In this document: piece by piece, positions 8,763 to 17,897 of the stretch | Layout: every line of letters begins with the position of its first letter | Position numbering within the stretch: the stretch's first letter is position 1 | From: an uncultured Gammaproteobacteria bacterium | Lineage (GTDB): Bacteria; Patescibacteriota; Patescibacteriia; Magasanikbacterales; GWA2-37-8 | DNA: 64,000 nt | Direction: 5' to 3' | NCBI GenBank assembly: GCA_964634875.1 | Contig: CAZWKA010000003.1 | Location: forward strand, 16,591 to 80,590 | Translations under genes and position numbers: made by a program | The notes under the pieces: model-generated | Database searches by the model: none | Told to the model about the DNA's origin: nothing | Seen by the model: only the letters and a program-made list of their open reading frames with translations

Positions 8763-9389
8763 TTACTCAAATAAATTTTCTCTCAAGCTTTTAAAAATTG
8801 CACTATAGACACTTATATCAGTTGTTGCTGGCAAGTGTATTTCTATATTGTGATGGAAACTTAATGCTTTGGCTTCTTCCGGCGTTATCGGTTTTTGTGT
8901 TTTTTCATTTGTGCCACCACCTTTTTTTGTCTTCTCTTCTGTGGTTGGAGGAGGTGATATTTTAGGCGAAGCGCCAAATTTTGCTAGACCAACCAGTGCT
9001 TTATATGTCGCAAAGTATCTAGTGACCGTTTTCTCATCTTTGCCCGTAACTCGTGCCATTGCCCCTTTTATTGTATCTTCTGATTGCGTGTGCATCTCTG
9101 TATTGATTGCATAGATGTCTTTGTAGAGTTCAATTAATCTTTCCCCAATGACAAAAGGGTGGTCTTGTCGATCTTTCAGTCGGTCATAGTATTCTGTTGG
9201 AGCTCCGTCATCATTAAGTATATTAAGTCGTTTTAGAAGGGGGATTATTGCTCGGTCGTTAGAGCTTGCAAATCCCATTTGTTTAAGAAGTTCATTAGTA
9301 AATTTTTTTGGTTTTTCCGCAACTTTTATTTGTTCGAGAATAAAACTTATTTTATTGTTAGCGACCATGTAAGGGTATGTTTCTGGCAT
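8763..9389 (-). CDS. DUF5343-like protein
   Basis: PYM...PKKFT..LLKQMGF.SSNDR.IIPLLKRL...DG.PT..Y and C-terminal NIEIHLPATTDISVYSAIFKSLRENL. Confidence 0.7.
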   Translation of the reverse strand: MPETYPYMVANNKISFILEQIKVAEKPKKFTNELLKQMGFASSNDRAIIPLLKRLNILNDDGAPTEYYDRLKDRQDHPFVIGERLIELYKDIYAINTEMHTQSEDTIKGAMARVTGKDEKTVTRYFATYKALVGLAKFGASPKISPPPTTEEKTKKGGGTNEKTQKPITPEEAKALSFHHNIEIHLPATTDISVYSAIFKSLRENLFE

Positions 9390-9515
9390 ATTTCGATTAT
9401 TTATTAATTAAAGACATTGTAATTGAAAGCATTGCAAAAAGCAAAGGTCATTATTGTTTATTGAGTGAAAGCAAAAAAAGCTCATTTTTTGAGCTTTCTT
9501 TCAATTCTTTATTTA

Positions 9516-10664
9516 TCATTTCCTCCTCGTAAACCACCAGCTCGCCAACAGCGTCGTTAACGGCACAGCCAGCACCAGCACGCAACTGCCCACCAGCGTA
9601 CGCACTAATTCTTCGGCAATAAAATTACTATTAAGCATGATCCACAACTGGGTGGATTTTTGCATGCTGTAGAGTAATAAGAGTGGGAACGACACGCCGA
9701 CGTAGGCGAGGACGAGCGTGTTCACGAGCGAGGCAATATGTTCGCGGCCAACCGAGAGGCCGCTTTTGTATAATTGAGCCAGGGAAACGGTGGGGTTGGC
9801 AGTATGGATTTCTTCGATTACAGCGGCTTGGGCTGTGGTGATGTCGTCAAGGACACCCAGGACGCCAATGAGAATGCCGCCGAGGAGTACGCCGCGCAGA
9901 TCTATCGTGCCGGCACCAAGTTGCAGGTAAAAGGCTTCTTCGGTACCGGTGCCTGCCAGTTTGGCAAAACGAACAAAGACAATGTCGATAATAATAGCGG
10001 CGCCAAGGGTGAGGAGGGTGCTGATAAGGGCGATGGTAGTGCGGCGATTAAAGCCGTGCGAGAGGTAGAGCGAACAAAAACAAATCAGGAGGGCGGCAAT
10101 GATGCAAGCGACCAACGGGTCGTGCCCGGCAGCGATGCGAGGGATTAGGAAGCGGAAAATGACCAGGGTTGTAAAGACTAGGCCGAGGATGGAGGTGAGA
10201 CCGCGCTTGCGGCCAAAGAATATGGCGAGCGCAAAAAAGACGGCGACAAGTATGAGGACGTTGGGCAGGCGGTACTTATCGGTAATGTAATAAAAGTCTT
10301 CTTTAATGCCGCCGGCGGGCTTGGTAATTATTACCACGTCACCCGCTTGTACTTTTTGGTATTCCTGGATGGCAAAGAGGCCACCGTGGTCGATAGTAAT
10401 TTTTTTACCTTTTTCATCGCCGCTCACAATCTCAAGTTCCAGTTTTTGGTATTCCTGCGGCGTACCATCCGCGTCTTTGGTGCCGCTCTCCACGACCTGC
10501 AGAACTTTGGCGCGGGCAAAGATGTCCGGTGCATCATTTACAATGGGCGCGTCTAAGTCGAGCGGCGCTTCTTCGAGTGTCTGCATCTGTGCCCGGTGGG
10601 GGAAAAATGCGGACAAAAAGAGAATGATACAAAAGAGGCTGCGGGTAAAGAAAGTGTGGTGCAT
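9516..10664 (-). CDS. YibE/F family membrane protein
   Basis: GVLGVLDDITTAQ, GREHIASLVNTLVLAYVG and EELVRTLVGS motifs; multiple TMs. Confidence 0.88.
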   Translation of the reverse strand: MHHTFFTRSLFCIILFLSAFFPHRAQMQTLEEAPLDLDAPIVNDAPDIFARAKVLQVVESGTKDADGTPQEYQKLELEIVSGDEKGKKITIDHGGLFAIQEYQKVQAGDVVIITKPAGGIKEDFYYITDKYRLPNVLILVAVFFALAIFFGRKRGLTSILGLVFTTLVIFRFLIPRIAAGHDPLVACIIAALLICFCSLYLSHGFNRRTTIALISTLLTLGAAIIIDIVFVRFAKLAGTGTEEAFYLQLGAGTIDLRGVLLGGILIGVLGVLDDITTAQAAVIEEIHTANPTVSLAQLYKSGLSVGREHIASLVNTLVLAYVGVSFPLLLLYSMQKSTQLWIMLNSNFIAEELVRTLVGSCVLVLAVPLTTLLASWWFTRRK

Positions 10665-10739
10665 ATGCTTAGCAGTATACCATGAAGCAGACTGTCCAAA
10701 AACTAGGCGACCGCCAGGGAGATGGCGGTCGAGAGGGGG

Positions 10740-11006
10740 CTAGAAACCGTACGATTGTCGGGTGCGGTTGAAGTAGGGTTTGGGAAAGCTAAAGCTGTAG
10801 TAGAATGAATCATCGGGGTAGACGACGCGGTACCAGTTTTGGGTAGGGCGAGTAGGTGGGTGCCAGGGGTCTGCCGGTTTACTGTAATAGTAAAACTGGG
10901 TCGATCCGTTGATGAGGACAGCTTGGGCTGGGGCAGCCAATGCGCCCGAAATGCCGAGAAATAGCGCGAAGCCAAGGGCGGTGGCTATAAGGGTATTTTT
11001 TGTCAT
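10740..11006 (-). CDS. Small secreted Tyr/Pro-rich protein
   Basis: Signal peptide ending AAPAQA; mature part rich in Y/P. Confidence 0.55.
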   Translation of the reverse strand: MTKNTLIATALGFALFLGISGALAAPAQAVLINGSTQFYYYSKPADPWHPPTRPTQNWYRVVYPDDSFYYSFSFPKPYFNRTRQSYGF

Positions 11007-11130
11007 AGAGAGTAAATCAGGTTTGTGTGTGAGTATAGCACACCAGGCTGAAGGTACAAACACTACAACCGCCAGGTGTAGTGGCGGTTGCGATGTCTCT
11101 ATGGCCTTCGGATTAGCGAAGGATATGTGC

Positions 11131-11159
11131 AGTATATGCAACTAAGTTGCGTTTGTCAA
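11131..11159 (-). promoter_or_regulatory. Sigma70 promoter with putative Zur operator in its spacer
   Basis: TTGACA-17-TATACT on minus strand; the spacer contains the palindrome GCAACTTAGTTGCA. Confidence 0.7.
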
Positions 11160-11179
11160 ATAGGAGTTGTGGAAAACTG

Positions 11180-11545
11180 TTAATAACTAGAGTACCTGCC
11201 GTAGTATACGACGGGTGTAGGGCGGTAGCTGTGGTACGTAGGGTAATTGCGCGTTTGCCACGAGCGTAGCGGAGCATATAAACGGGTTGGTGTGGTACGC
11301 AAATAGGCGGGGGCAGGCGGGGGCACGTAACCGCGCTTGGTGACAGGCTGGTTGGGTATCGTGGTGGGGGAGGCATGGTCGGCAGCATCATGTCCATCTG
11401 CTGCATGTTCTGTTTCTTCGTTGTCGTCGTGGCTGTGCCCCGGTTCAACTATGGTCCAGGCCTGGGCTGATTCAGTTGGTCTGAGAATGGCGAGGCTAAG
11501 CGCCAGAAAGAAAAAAATTCCTATCCACGCGTGTTTGTTTTTCAT
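11180..11545 (-). CDS. Small secreted His/Asp-rich protein with Tyr/Pro/Arg-rich tail
   Basis: Signal peptide ending SAQA, then GHSHDDNEETEHAADGHDAADH. Confidence 0.6.
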   Translation of the reverse strand: MKNKHAWIGIFFFLALSLAILRPTESAQAWTIVEPGHSHDDNEETEHAADGHDAADHASPTTIPNQPVTKRGYVPPPAPAYLRTTPTRLYAPLRSWQTRNYPTYHSYRPTPVVYYGRYSSY

Positions 11546-11637
11546 AGGTAGTAGATTACATATATACAGTACTCTTGTAAGCCTCATGGTTTGGGGCGCA
11601 CAAGAGTGCTCGAGGCCGACGATCCGACCTCGGTTTG

Positions 11638-12309
11638 TTATTCGTCTGCTGGTTCGTCGATCAGTGTGCTGGGTGCTCGGGGAACCAAATCTAGCTGAAG
11701 GTACTGTGGCGACGCGGGTTGTTTTGGTTCTGTTTCCCGCTTGAGAGCGAATTTCCACCCCAGCATGAGCGGTACCAAGTGCCATTCCCAAGGGTGCCCG
11801 TTCGCCAAGTTGAGCGGTGCCAGCATGGCTGCTTCGCTGCCGATGACAAAACCTTTGTACCGGAAACTGATGCCGCCGAGCAGCGGGCCGAGTTTGACTT
11901 CGGTCTGGCTCTGGTAGGGCTTTTCAATTTCTAGCACGATTCCAGGCAGGTGCAGTTCGAGCGACCAATGCTCGCTAAGGTGGATATCAAGCCCGCCGGT
12001 AAGGTGAATGTCGCCACCCGCCCGGTCGCCACCAATTGCCGCGTGCAGGCCGGCAACAATGCCAAAGTCGACGCTGCCCGCTTCGGCGAAAGGGAATTCA
12101 AACTCGAAACAGAGCGGGGTCATGAGTTGGAGGATAAATCCGCTTCCACCCTTGAGGCCAGTTGTGGCCGTGCGGGAACTATCGTATTTGGTGGGGGAGG
12201 CTACCGCTTGGCCGGAAAATATTGGGCCACCGCACCACAAGGCTGAGGGGGATTCGGCCCTCGCAACAATGCTCCAGGCAAGGAGCGTGACGATAACGAG
12301 GTAGCGCAC
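11638..12309 (-). CDS. GC-rich SD-led orphan B: secreted, beta-barrel-like protein
   Basis: AAGGAG-6nt-GTG start at 12309; signal peptide ending ARA; alternating amphipathic strands ending LMLGWKF. Confidence 0.6.
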   Translation of the reverse strand: MRYLVIVTLLAWSIVARAESPSALWCGGPIFSGQAVASPTKYDSSRTATTGLKGGSGFILQLMTPLCFEFEFPFAEAGSVDFGIVAGLHAAIGGDRAGGDIHLTGGLDIHLSEHWSLELHLPGIVLEIEKPYQSQTEVKLGPLLGGISFRYKGFVIGSEAAMLAPLNLANGHPWEWHLVPLMLGWKFALKRETEPKQPASPQYLQLDLVPRAPSTLIDEPADE

Positions 12310-12324
12310 AGGCTTCTCCTTAAA

Positions 12325-12381
12325 GCAACTTAGTTGCACTTGTACCACAGGAATACCTAGTTGTCAATGCAACAAAGTTGC
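12325..12381. promoter_or_regulatory. Two putative Zur operators bracketing the orphan B promoter, upstream of zur
   Basis: GCAACTTAGTTGCA (12325-12338) and TGCAACAAAGTTGC (12368-12381) flank minus-strand TTGACA-17-TACAAG (12339-12367). Confidence 0.65.
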
Positions 12382-12450
12382 GTTTATCCACAGGTGCTAC
12401 TTGAAAAAACTCAGTATTTTTGCTAGACTACCAGCATTAAAGCATTTTTT

Positions 12451-12891
12451 ATGACTACTTCGCACCAAGTTATCGCTGACCTTAAGGATCGGGGAGAGCG
12501 CATTACCGAAATCCGGCGCATCTTGGTAGACATTCTCGCCAAAAGTCACAAGCCGTTATCGGTGCAAGATATTTTGGCGAAATTAAAAATTCGCTGTATT
12601 GAGGCGAATAAAACCACCGTCTATCGTCAATTGGAAACGCTCCATAAGTATAATTTTATTTACGAAGTGCGTTTGGCGGATCGTTCGGTTTTGTACGAGC
12701 TTGCCAGTGAAGACGATCACCACCATCATTTAGTGTGTCTCGGTTGCGGTACGATAGAAGATGTGTCGTTTAAGGACGACGTGGAACGCCAGGAAAAAAA
12801 TATTTTAAAAATAAAGAAATTTAAAGTTGTGCGCCACTCGCTCGAATTTTTCGGCTGGTGCGCTAAATGTCAGAAAAAATATGGCAAATAA
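12451..12891 (+). CDS. zur: Fur-family regulator, probably zinc uptake regulator
   Basis: TTVYRQL helix, HHHHLVCLGCG and C-terminal CAKC; heads znuACB. Confidence 0.85.
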   Translation: MTTSHQVIADLKDRGERITEIRRILVDILAKSHKPLSVQDILAKLKIRCIEANKTTVYRQLETLHKYNFIYEVRLADRSVLYELASEDDHHHHLVCLGCGTIEDVSFKDDVERQEKNILKIKKFKVVRHSLEFFGWCAKCQKKYGK

Positions 12892-13810
12892 TTTTTGGAA
12901 ACAAGTATCGCGTGCTCTCGGTATCGTTGTTGTTCTCGCAGCAGTAGCTTTGGTTTTTTATTTTTTGGTTACGCGAGAAAATAAAATTACCCCACCCGAT
13001 GATCGACTTACAGTTAGCACTTCCTTTTATCCGTTGACGTTTTTAGTTGAGGGTATTGCGGGCGATCTTGCAATAGTGAACACCATTACCCCGGCCGGGG
13101 CAGAACCGCATGAGTACGAACCAACGACGCAGGATCTGGTAGCGATCGAAAAAAGCAAGCTACTTTTTTTGAACGGCGCTGGTTTTGAATCGTGGGCCGA
13201 GGGGTATGTTTCTGCTGGCGCCACTATTGTTCCGGTCGCTGACACGCTGGTAACGCAGAATTTTGTTGCGGGAGAAAGTGTGGCCCGCGATCCGCATGTC
13301 TGGCTTGACCCCACGCTCGCCAAAGCCTCGGCTCAGATTGTGCTTGATGCCTTGGTTGCAGCTGACCCTGGTCATGAACAAGAATACAAGGTAAACGCCG
13401 AAACCTTTTTAAAACAATTTGATGATCTCGACGCCGCCTTTCAGGCAGGCCTTGCTACATGCGCACGCCGTGATATTGTTACGGGGCATGCTGCGTTTGG
13501 GTATTTGGCTGCCCGGTACACATTAACCCAGGTACCGATTTCGGGTTTGTCGCCGGACGAAGAGCCTTCACCGCGGCGGATGGCCGAGGTGGCTGAGTTT
13601 GTTAAAAATAGTGGGGTAGAGTATATTTTCTTTGAAAGCCTGGTGAACCCAGAGCTTGCAGTAACAATTGCCAATGAAGTTGGTGTCAAAACGCTAGTAC
13701 TTAATCCGCTTGAAGGGTTGACGCCAGACGAAGTATCTCAAGGTAAAAATTATTTTACGGAAATGCGCCAAAACCTTGCTCACCTTAGAACCGCTCTCCA
13801 ATGTCAGTAG
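12881..13810 (+). CDS. znuA: Zinc ABC transporter substrate-binding protein
   Basis: EPHEYEP, DPHVWLDP, HAAFGYLA motifs. Confidence 0.88.
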   Translation: MANNFWKQVSRALGIVVVLAAVALVFYFLVTRENKITPPDDRLTVSTSFYPLTFLVEGIAGDLAIVNTITPAGAEPHEYEPTTQDLVAIEKSKLLFLNGAGFESWAEGYVSAGATIVPVADTLVTQNFVAGESVARDPHVWLDPTLAKASAQIVLDALVAADPGHEQEYKVNAETFLKQFDDLDAAFQAGLATCARRDIVTGHAAFGYLAARYTLTQVPISGLSPDEEPSPRRMAEVAEFVKNSGVEYIFFESLVNPELAVTIANEVGVKTLVLNPLEGLTPDEVSQGKNYFTEMRQNLAHLRTALQCQ

Positions 13811-14565
13811 ACCATAACAAAAATATACTCGAAGTTAAAAACGTTTCGTTTGCCTATAGTGCAAATGCACCGGTTTTGACCGCTATTTCTCTCAATATTC
13901 ATTCGGGGGATTATTTAGGTGTTATTGGTCCGAACGGTGGCGGCAAGACCACGCTTCTCAAAATTATGCTCGGACTCCTTCAGCCAACGAGTGGGAGTAT
14001 TTCTTTGTTCGGCCAAGACATCCGCGATTTTAAAGATTGGCCAGCGATTGGGTATGTGCCTCAGAAGGCGGTTAATTTTGACCTCAAGTTTCCGGCTACT
14101 GTCAAAGAAGTAGTAGCAATGGGGCGGTTTGGCAAACGGGGGTTGTTACGTCTTCCGACCAAAGAAGACCGGAACCAGGTGGAAGAAGCGTTGCGCCAGG
14201 TTGATATGATTGAATACCGAGACCGTTTGATTGGTGATTTGTCGGCTGGGCAGCAGCAGCGCGTGTTTATTGCCCGCGCACTGGCCACGGAACCGAAAAT
14301 TATTTTTTTGGATGAACCAACGGTTGGAGTTGATGTTGCAACCCAGGAACAATTTTATCGTTTGCTGGAAAAACTAAACCAAACACTCGGTCTTACCCTC
14401 GTGTTGGTGTCGCACGATATTGATGTTATTGCGAACGAAGCAACGGAACTGGCGTGTATTAACCAGACTTTGGTGTATCACGGCAGCCCGAAAGAATTTG
14501 TAAAAGGGGAGTACTTGCAACAATTATATGGTAAGAACCTTAAGTTTATTTTGCATGATCACTAA
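13801..14565 (+). CDS. znuC: Metal ABC transporter ATP-binding protein
   Basis: GPNGGGKTT, GYVPQK, LSAGQQQRV, LDEPT. Confidence 0.9.
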   Translation: MSVDHNKNILEVKNVSFAYSANAPVLTAISLNIHSGDYLGVIGPNGGGKTTLLKIMLGLLQPTSGSISLFGQDIRDFKDWPAIGYVPQKAVNFDLKFPATVKEVVAMGRFGKRGLLRLPTKEDRNQVEEALRQVDMIEYRDRLIGDLSAGQQQRVFIARALATEPKIIFLDEPTVGVDVATQEQFYRLLEKLNQTLGLTLVLVSHDIDVIANEATELACINQTLVYHGSPKEFVKGEYLQQLYGKNLKFILHDH

Positions 14566-14583
14566 AGGTTGAAAAGTAAAAGT

Positions 14584-15384
14584 ATGTTTTTAGAAATTTT
14601 TCAATATTCATTTATCCAGCGTGGCCTTGAGGCTGGGATTTTGATTGCGATTATTGCCCCGCTTATTGGTATTTTTTTGGTACTCCGCCGGTATTCTTTG
14701 ATTGCGGATACGCTGTCACACGTTTCGCTCGCCGGTGTGGCGATTGGTCTTCTGGCAGGTATTAACCCCATCATTACTGCGCTTGCTACTTCGGGCGCGG
14801 CTGCCCTCGCAATTGAAAAATTGCGTAGCTCCAAAAAAGTATACGGCGAAACTGCCTTGTCAATTTTTCTTTCAGGGGGCCTCGCGCTCGCGGTGGTGCT
14901 TATTAGTCTGGCGCACGGCTTCAATGTTAACTTGTTTAGTTACTTGTTTGGGAGCATTGTTACGGTAAAGCAAAGTGATGTTATGTTGATCGCTGTTTTG
15001 GGCTTGGTCATCATTGTCCTGTTATTTTCATTTTATAAAGAGCTTGTCTATATTTCATTTGACGAAGAGGCGGCCAAAGTCAGCGGGATACCGGTAAAGG
15101 CAATCAACTTTATTTTTATCTTGCTGGCGGCTATGACGGTCGCGCTTGCGATTCCAATTGTTGGTATCCTTTTGATTTCGGCCTTGATTGTGATCCCGGT
15201 AGTTACGGCGCTACAGCTTAAGAAAAGTTTTTCTACTACCTTGTGGTATGCCGAGGGCTTTTCAATTTTTTCGGTGGTGAGTGGAATCCTGCTCTCGTAT
15301 TATTTTGACCTCTCGCCGGGTGGTACGATCGTGCTTATTACTTTGGCTTTGTTTAGCCTAATTTTAGTCTTTAAACGGGCTTAA
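14584..15384 (+). CDS. znuB: Metal ABC transporter permease
   Basis: DTLSHVSLAG, YLFGSI, SFDEEAAK ABC-3 motifs. Confidence 0.9.
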   Translation: MFLEIFQYSFIQRGLEAGILIAIIAPLIGIFLVLRRYSLIADTLSHVSLAGVAIGLLAGINPIITALATSGAAALAIEKLRSSKKVYGETALSIFLSGGLALAVVLISLAHGFNVNLFSYLFGSIVTVKQSDVMLIAVLGLVIIVLLFSFYKELVYISFDEEAAKVSGIPVKAINFIFILLAAMTVALAIPIVGILLISALIVIPVVTALQLKKSFSTTLWYAEGFSIFSVVSGILLSYYFDLSPGGTIVLITLALFSLILVFKRA

Positions 15385-15451
15385 CTGCCAGCACTTGATT
15401 ATTTACCGGCCTTGTGGTAGAATACGACACGAAATAACGTAACTCTCTTAT

Positions 15452-15607
15452 ATGTCCCAAGATAATCTGGTTAAAATGGAATGTTCGGTCTGCAAGCGAA
15501 CTAACTATTTCACCAAAAAAAATAAAAAAATCCTCAAAAACCGTCTCGTCATGAGCAAGTTCTGCAAACATGACAAGAAACATGTTGAACACAAAGAAAC
15601 CAAATAA
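15452..15607 (+). CDS. rpmG: 50S ribosomal protein L33 (below the ORF-track size cutoff)
   Basis: Hand translation MSQDNLVKMECSVCKRTNYFTKKNKKILKNRLVMSKFCKHDKKHVEHKETK. Confidence 0.92.
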   Translation: MSQDNLVKMECSVCKRTNYFTKKNKKILKNRLVMSKFCKHDKKHVEHKETK

Positions 15608-15651
15608 GGGTTGATTAAAGCGAGCTCCCGCTCGCTTTTATCTCTTTTAGA

Positions 15652-16518
15652 ATGCCTATGAATTTTTTTCGTTCCCTCTACAACAGCTTGTTCAATGTGG
15701 AGTGGCTCCGCCAGCGTTTTTTGTTTCCCGGAGCAGCGTGGGCTTACTTTTTTCTATTGTCACTCATTCTTAGTGCCTTTGCTTTGATCCCCGTCGCGGT
15801 TGGTGTTCCGGCGGCACTTCGTGAAGTGCGCTCCGCACTTGAAACTAAAGTCCCGGATTTTAAGGCTGAGATCAAGAGTGGCGAACTTGCCTTGACCGGA
15901 GTCCCTAACCCGTATACTGTTTCGACAGTGGAAGGTGATAAAAGTTTAACGCTCTACGTGGATACCGTCGCCACGACGACGTATGATGCCGAGGAGTTGG
16001 TGCAAAGTCCGAACGGCAGTGTTATGTTGGTAACCAAAGACTCACTTGAGATTTATGAAGCGGCCGAACGCCGTAGCCAAAGTTTTTTGTGGAAGGATAT
16101 AGGTGATCTTGTTTTCACCAAAGCGACTTTGGATACATATTTTGATACGCTCACCTCACCGGTAATTGTTGTTGTGGTTGGTTTATTTGTCTTGATTCTT
16201 ACCTACATCGGGTTTATTATTGCGAAGCTCCTAAGTATCTTGATGGTAACACTCATCGTGTTGGTCGCCTGCCGGATAGCGGGGCGGGGCTGGCGTTTTG
16301 GTCAGTTATTTACCATTGGACTATACGCTTTTACCTTGCCGTCACTGATCGCGCTTGTTCTGTGGTTGGTCGGCCTACCAGTTTCGTCGATGCATTTTTT
16401 GGCTCTTCTTGCGTTTATGCTAGCTGTGGTGTTTACTAAAGATCGTGTTGCCCCAGAACCAATTGTGCCGATTGAAAAAGAAGTAGACAAAAAACTTGAC
16501 CTTGACCTCGAAAAATAA
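15652..16518 (+). CDS. Membrane protein, DUF1189-like
   Basis: N-terminal TM, soluble PDFKAEIKSGEL domain, three to four C-terminal TMs with LFTIGLYAFTLP. Confidence 0.6.
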   Translation: MPMNFFRSLYNSLFNVEWLRQRFLFPGAAWAYFFLLSLILSAFALIPVAVGVPAALREVRSALETKVPDFKAEIKSGELALTGVPNPYTVSTVEGDKSLTLYVDTVATTTYDAEELVQSPNGSVMLVTKDSLEIYEAAERRSQSFLWKDIGDLVFTKATLDTYFDTLTSPVIVVVVGLFVLILTYIGFIIAKLLSILMVTLIVLVACRIAGRGWRFGQLFTIGLYAFTLPSLIALVLWLVGLPVSSMHFLALLAFMLAVVFTKDRVAPEPIVPIEKEVDKKLDLDLEK

Positions 16519-16546
16519 TTTTCTGGCGCCCTCGGGCGCTTGCCTT

Positions 16547-16617
16547 GGGCGCGTCGTATAATGGTAGTACGTTGGTCTCCAAAACCAACTGCGTAGGTCC
16601 GATTCCTACCGCGCCTG
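16547..16617 (+). tRNA. tRNA-Trp(CCA)
   Basis: Anticodon arm TTGGT-CTCCAAA-ACCAA; T-arm GTAGG-TCCGATT-CCTAC; acceptor GGGCGCG/CGCGCCT. Confidence 0.92.
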
Positions 16618-16734
16618 CTGATAAAATCATAGCTTATTAATTGAGCTATGATTTTTTTGTTAGCGCAGGCTGTTAGAAAGGTTCATTCTATGATAAAATA
16701 AAATTTATTCGTTAATTATAGTATTACAGCCTCC

Positions 16735-17862
16735 ATGAAGATCGCTACCAATGTACATCGGGATGCCTTTGGGGGTATTACGGTCTCCAATCTTGCTCTT
16801 TTTGATTGGCTGAAAGATAAAGAAGATACGGTTGTAGGTATTGAAATCATTACGGCTCGACACCTGCTCGGGCCAGAAATATTTCGACACTATTTACCGT
16901 CTTTTTTTCATCACCACATTATTAACGGTATTGATATAATGCCTCGTTTTTCGTGGGAAAAATGGGGGAGCCCTCGAAAAAAATGGAGTATTCTCATAGA
17001 AAAAACAAAAGATATTTTACGCCAAGAGTCGCCGGATGTTGTTTTGATTAATGGAACGTATAGTACGCCTTGGATTTTGGCCCAGGCCGCACAAGAGTTG
17101 GGAATACCATTGGTTCTACGCTATGCCGGAGTGCTTCAAAAAGAAGTAAGTCATAAGAATTTTTTTATAAAAAGGCGGTTGCTAGCTTATGAAAGGTGGC
17201 TTGCTTCGTCCGCCACCAGCATTATTTTTCCTTCTCGTGTTTGCCAAAAAATTGTAGAAAAAGAAATAGTAGGACACGCTGTTCAGCGCAGCATGGTTAT
17301 TCCGAACCCTGCAGTCCCTCCAAAAAATTTGATGCGAAGAAAAGCGGGGCGTTTTACCATTTGTGCGATAGGGAGGTGGACATCAATCAAAAATTTTCAA
17401 GCATTTGTAGCTTTACACCACGAGCTTCTTTCTCAGCAATGGCAACATCGGGCGGTTATGGTAACTTCGTATTGGGATAAAGCATTTGATATTCCTGAAA
17501 CGATTGAAAAGAAAAAACAAATGAGTCAAGAAGATCTTTTCAAATTTTATCGCTCCATTGATCTTCTTGTTGTTCCTTCGCATTTTGAGACATTTTGCAA
17601 TGTTGCCGCAGAAGCGCTGGTGAGCGGAACGTCTGTTTTAGTATCAAAAAATGTAGGATTTTCTGAAATACTTATAAAGTGCGGATTAAAAAGAATGGTA
17701 ATTGACTCGTTTGATAATCCTGTAAAGGTTGCTCAAGCGGTACAGCGAATTGCCAAAACCAAACTTTCACAAAGCGAAATAAAAAAAGTTGCTTGTTTGC
17801 TCAACCCGCAAGGGATACACCAGAGCATGCTCGATGTTCTAAATAGCGTTATAAAAGTATAA
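16735..17862 (+). CDS. Glycosyltransferase family 4 (GT-B)
   Basis: DLLVVPSHFETFCNVAAEALVSGTSVLVS (E-x7-E) motif. Confidence 0.85.
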   Translation: MKIATNVHRDAFGGITVSNLALFDWLKDKEDTVVGIEIITARHLLGPEIFRHYLPSFFHHHIINGIDIMPRFSWEKWGSPRKKWSILIEKTKDILRQESPDVVLINGTYSTPWILAQAAQELGIPLVLRYAGVLQKEVSHKNFFIKRRLLAYERWLASSATSIIFPSRVCQKIVEKEIVGHAVQRSMVIPNPAVPPKNLMRRKAGRFTICAIGRWTSIKNFQAFVALHHELLSQQWQHRAVMVTSYWDKAFDIPETIEKKKQMSQEDLFKFYRSIDLLVVPSHFETFCNVAAEALVSGTSVLVSKNVGFSEILIKCGLKRMVIDSFDNPVKVAQAVQRIAKTKLSQSEIKKVACLLNPQGIHQSMLDVLNSVIKV

Positions 17863-17897
17863 CTAATAGTACCAAGGTCGTTCGTAGAGTGTTTTGT

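Noticed and set aside
12384-12392. Perfect DnaA box TTATCCACA (near-match at about 11167)
   Set aside because: Isolated; no cluster, dnaA or unwinding element, so not called oriC.
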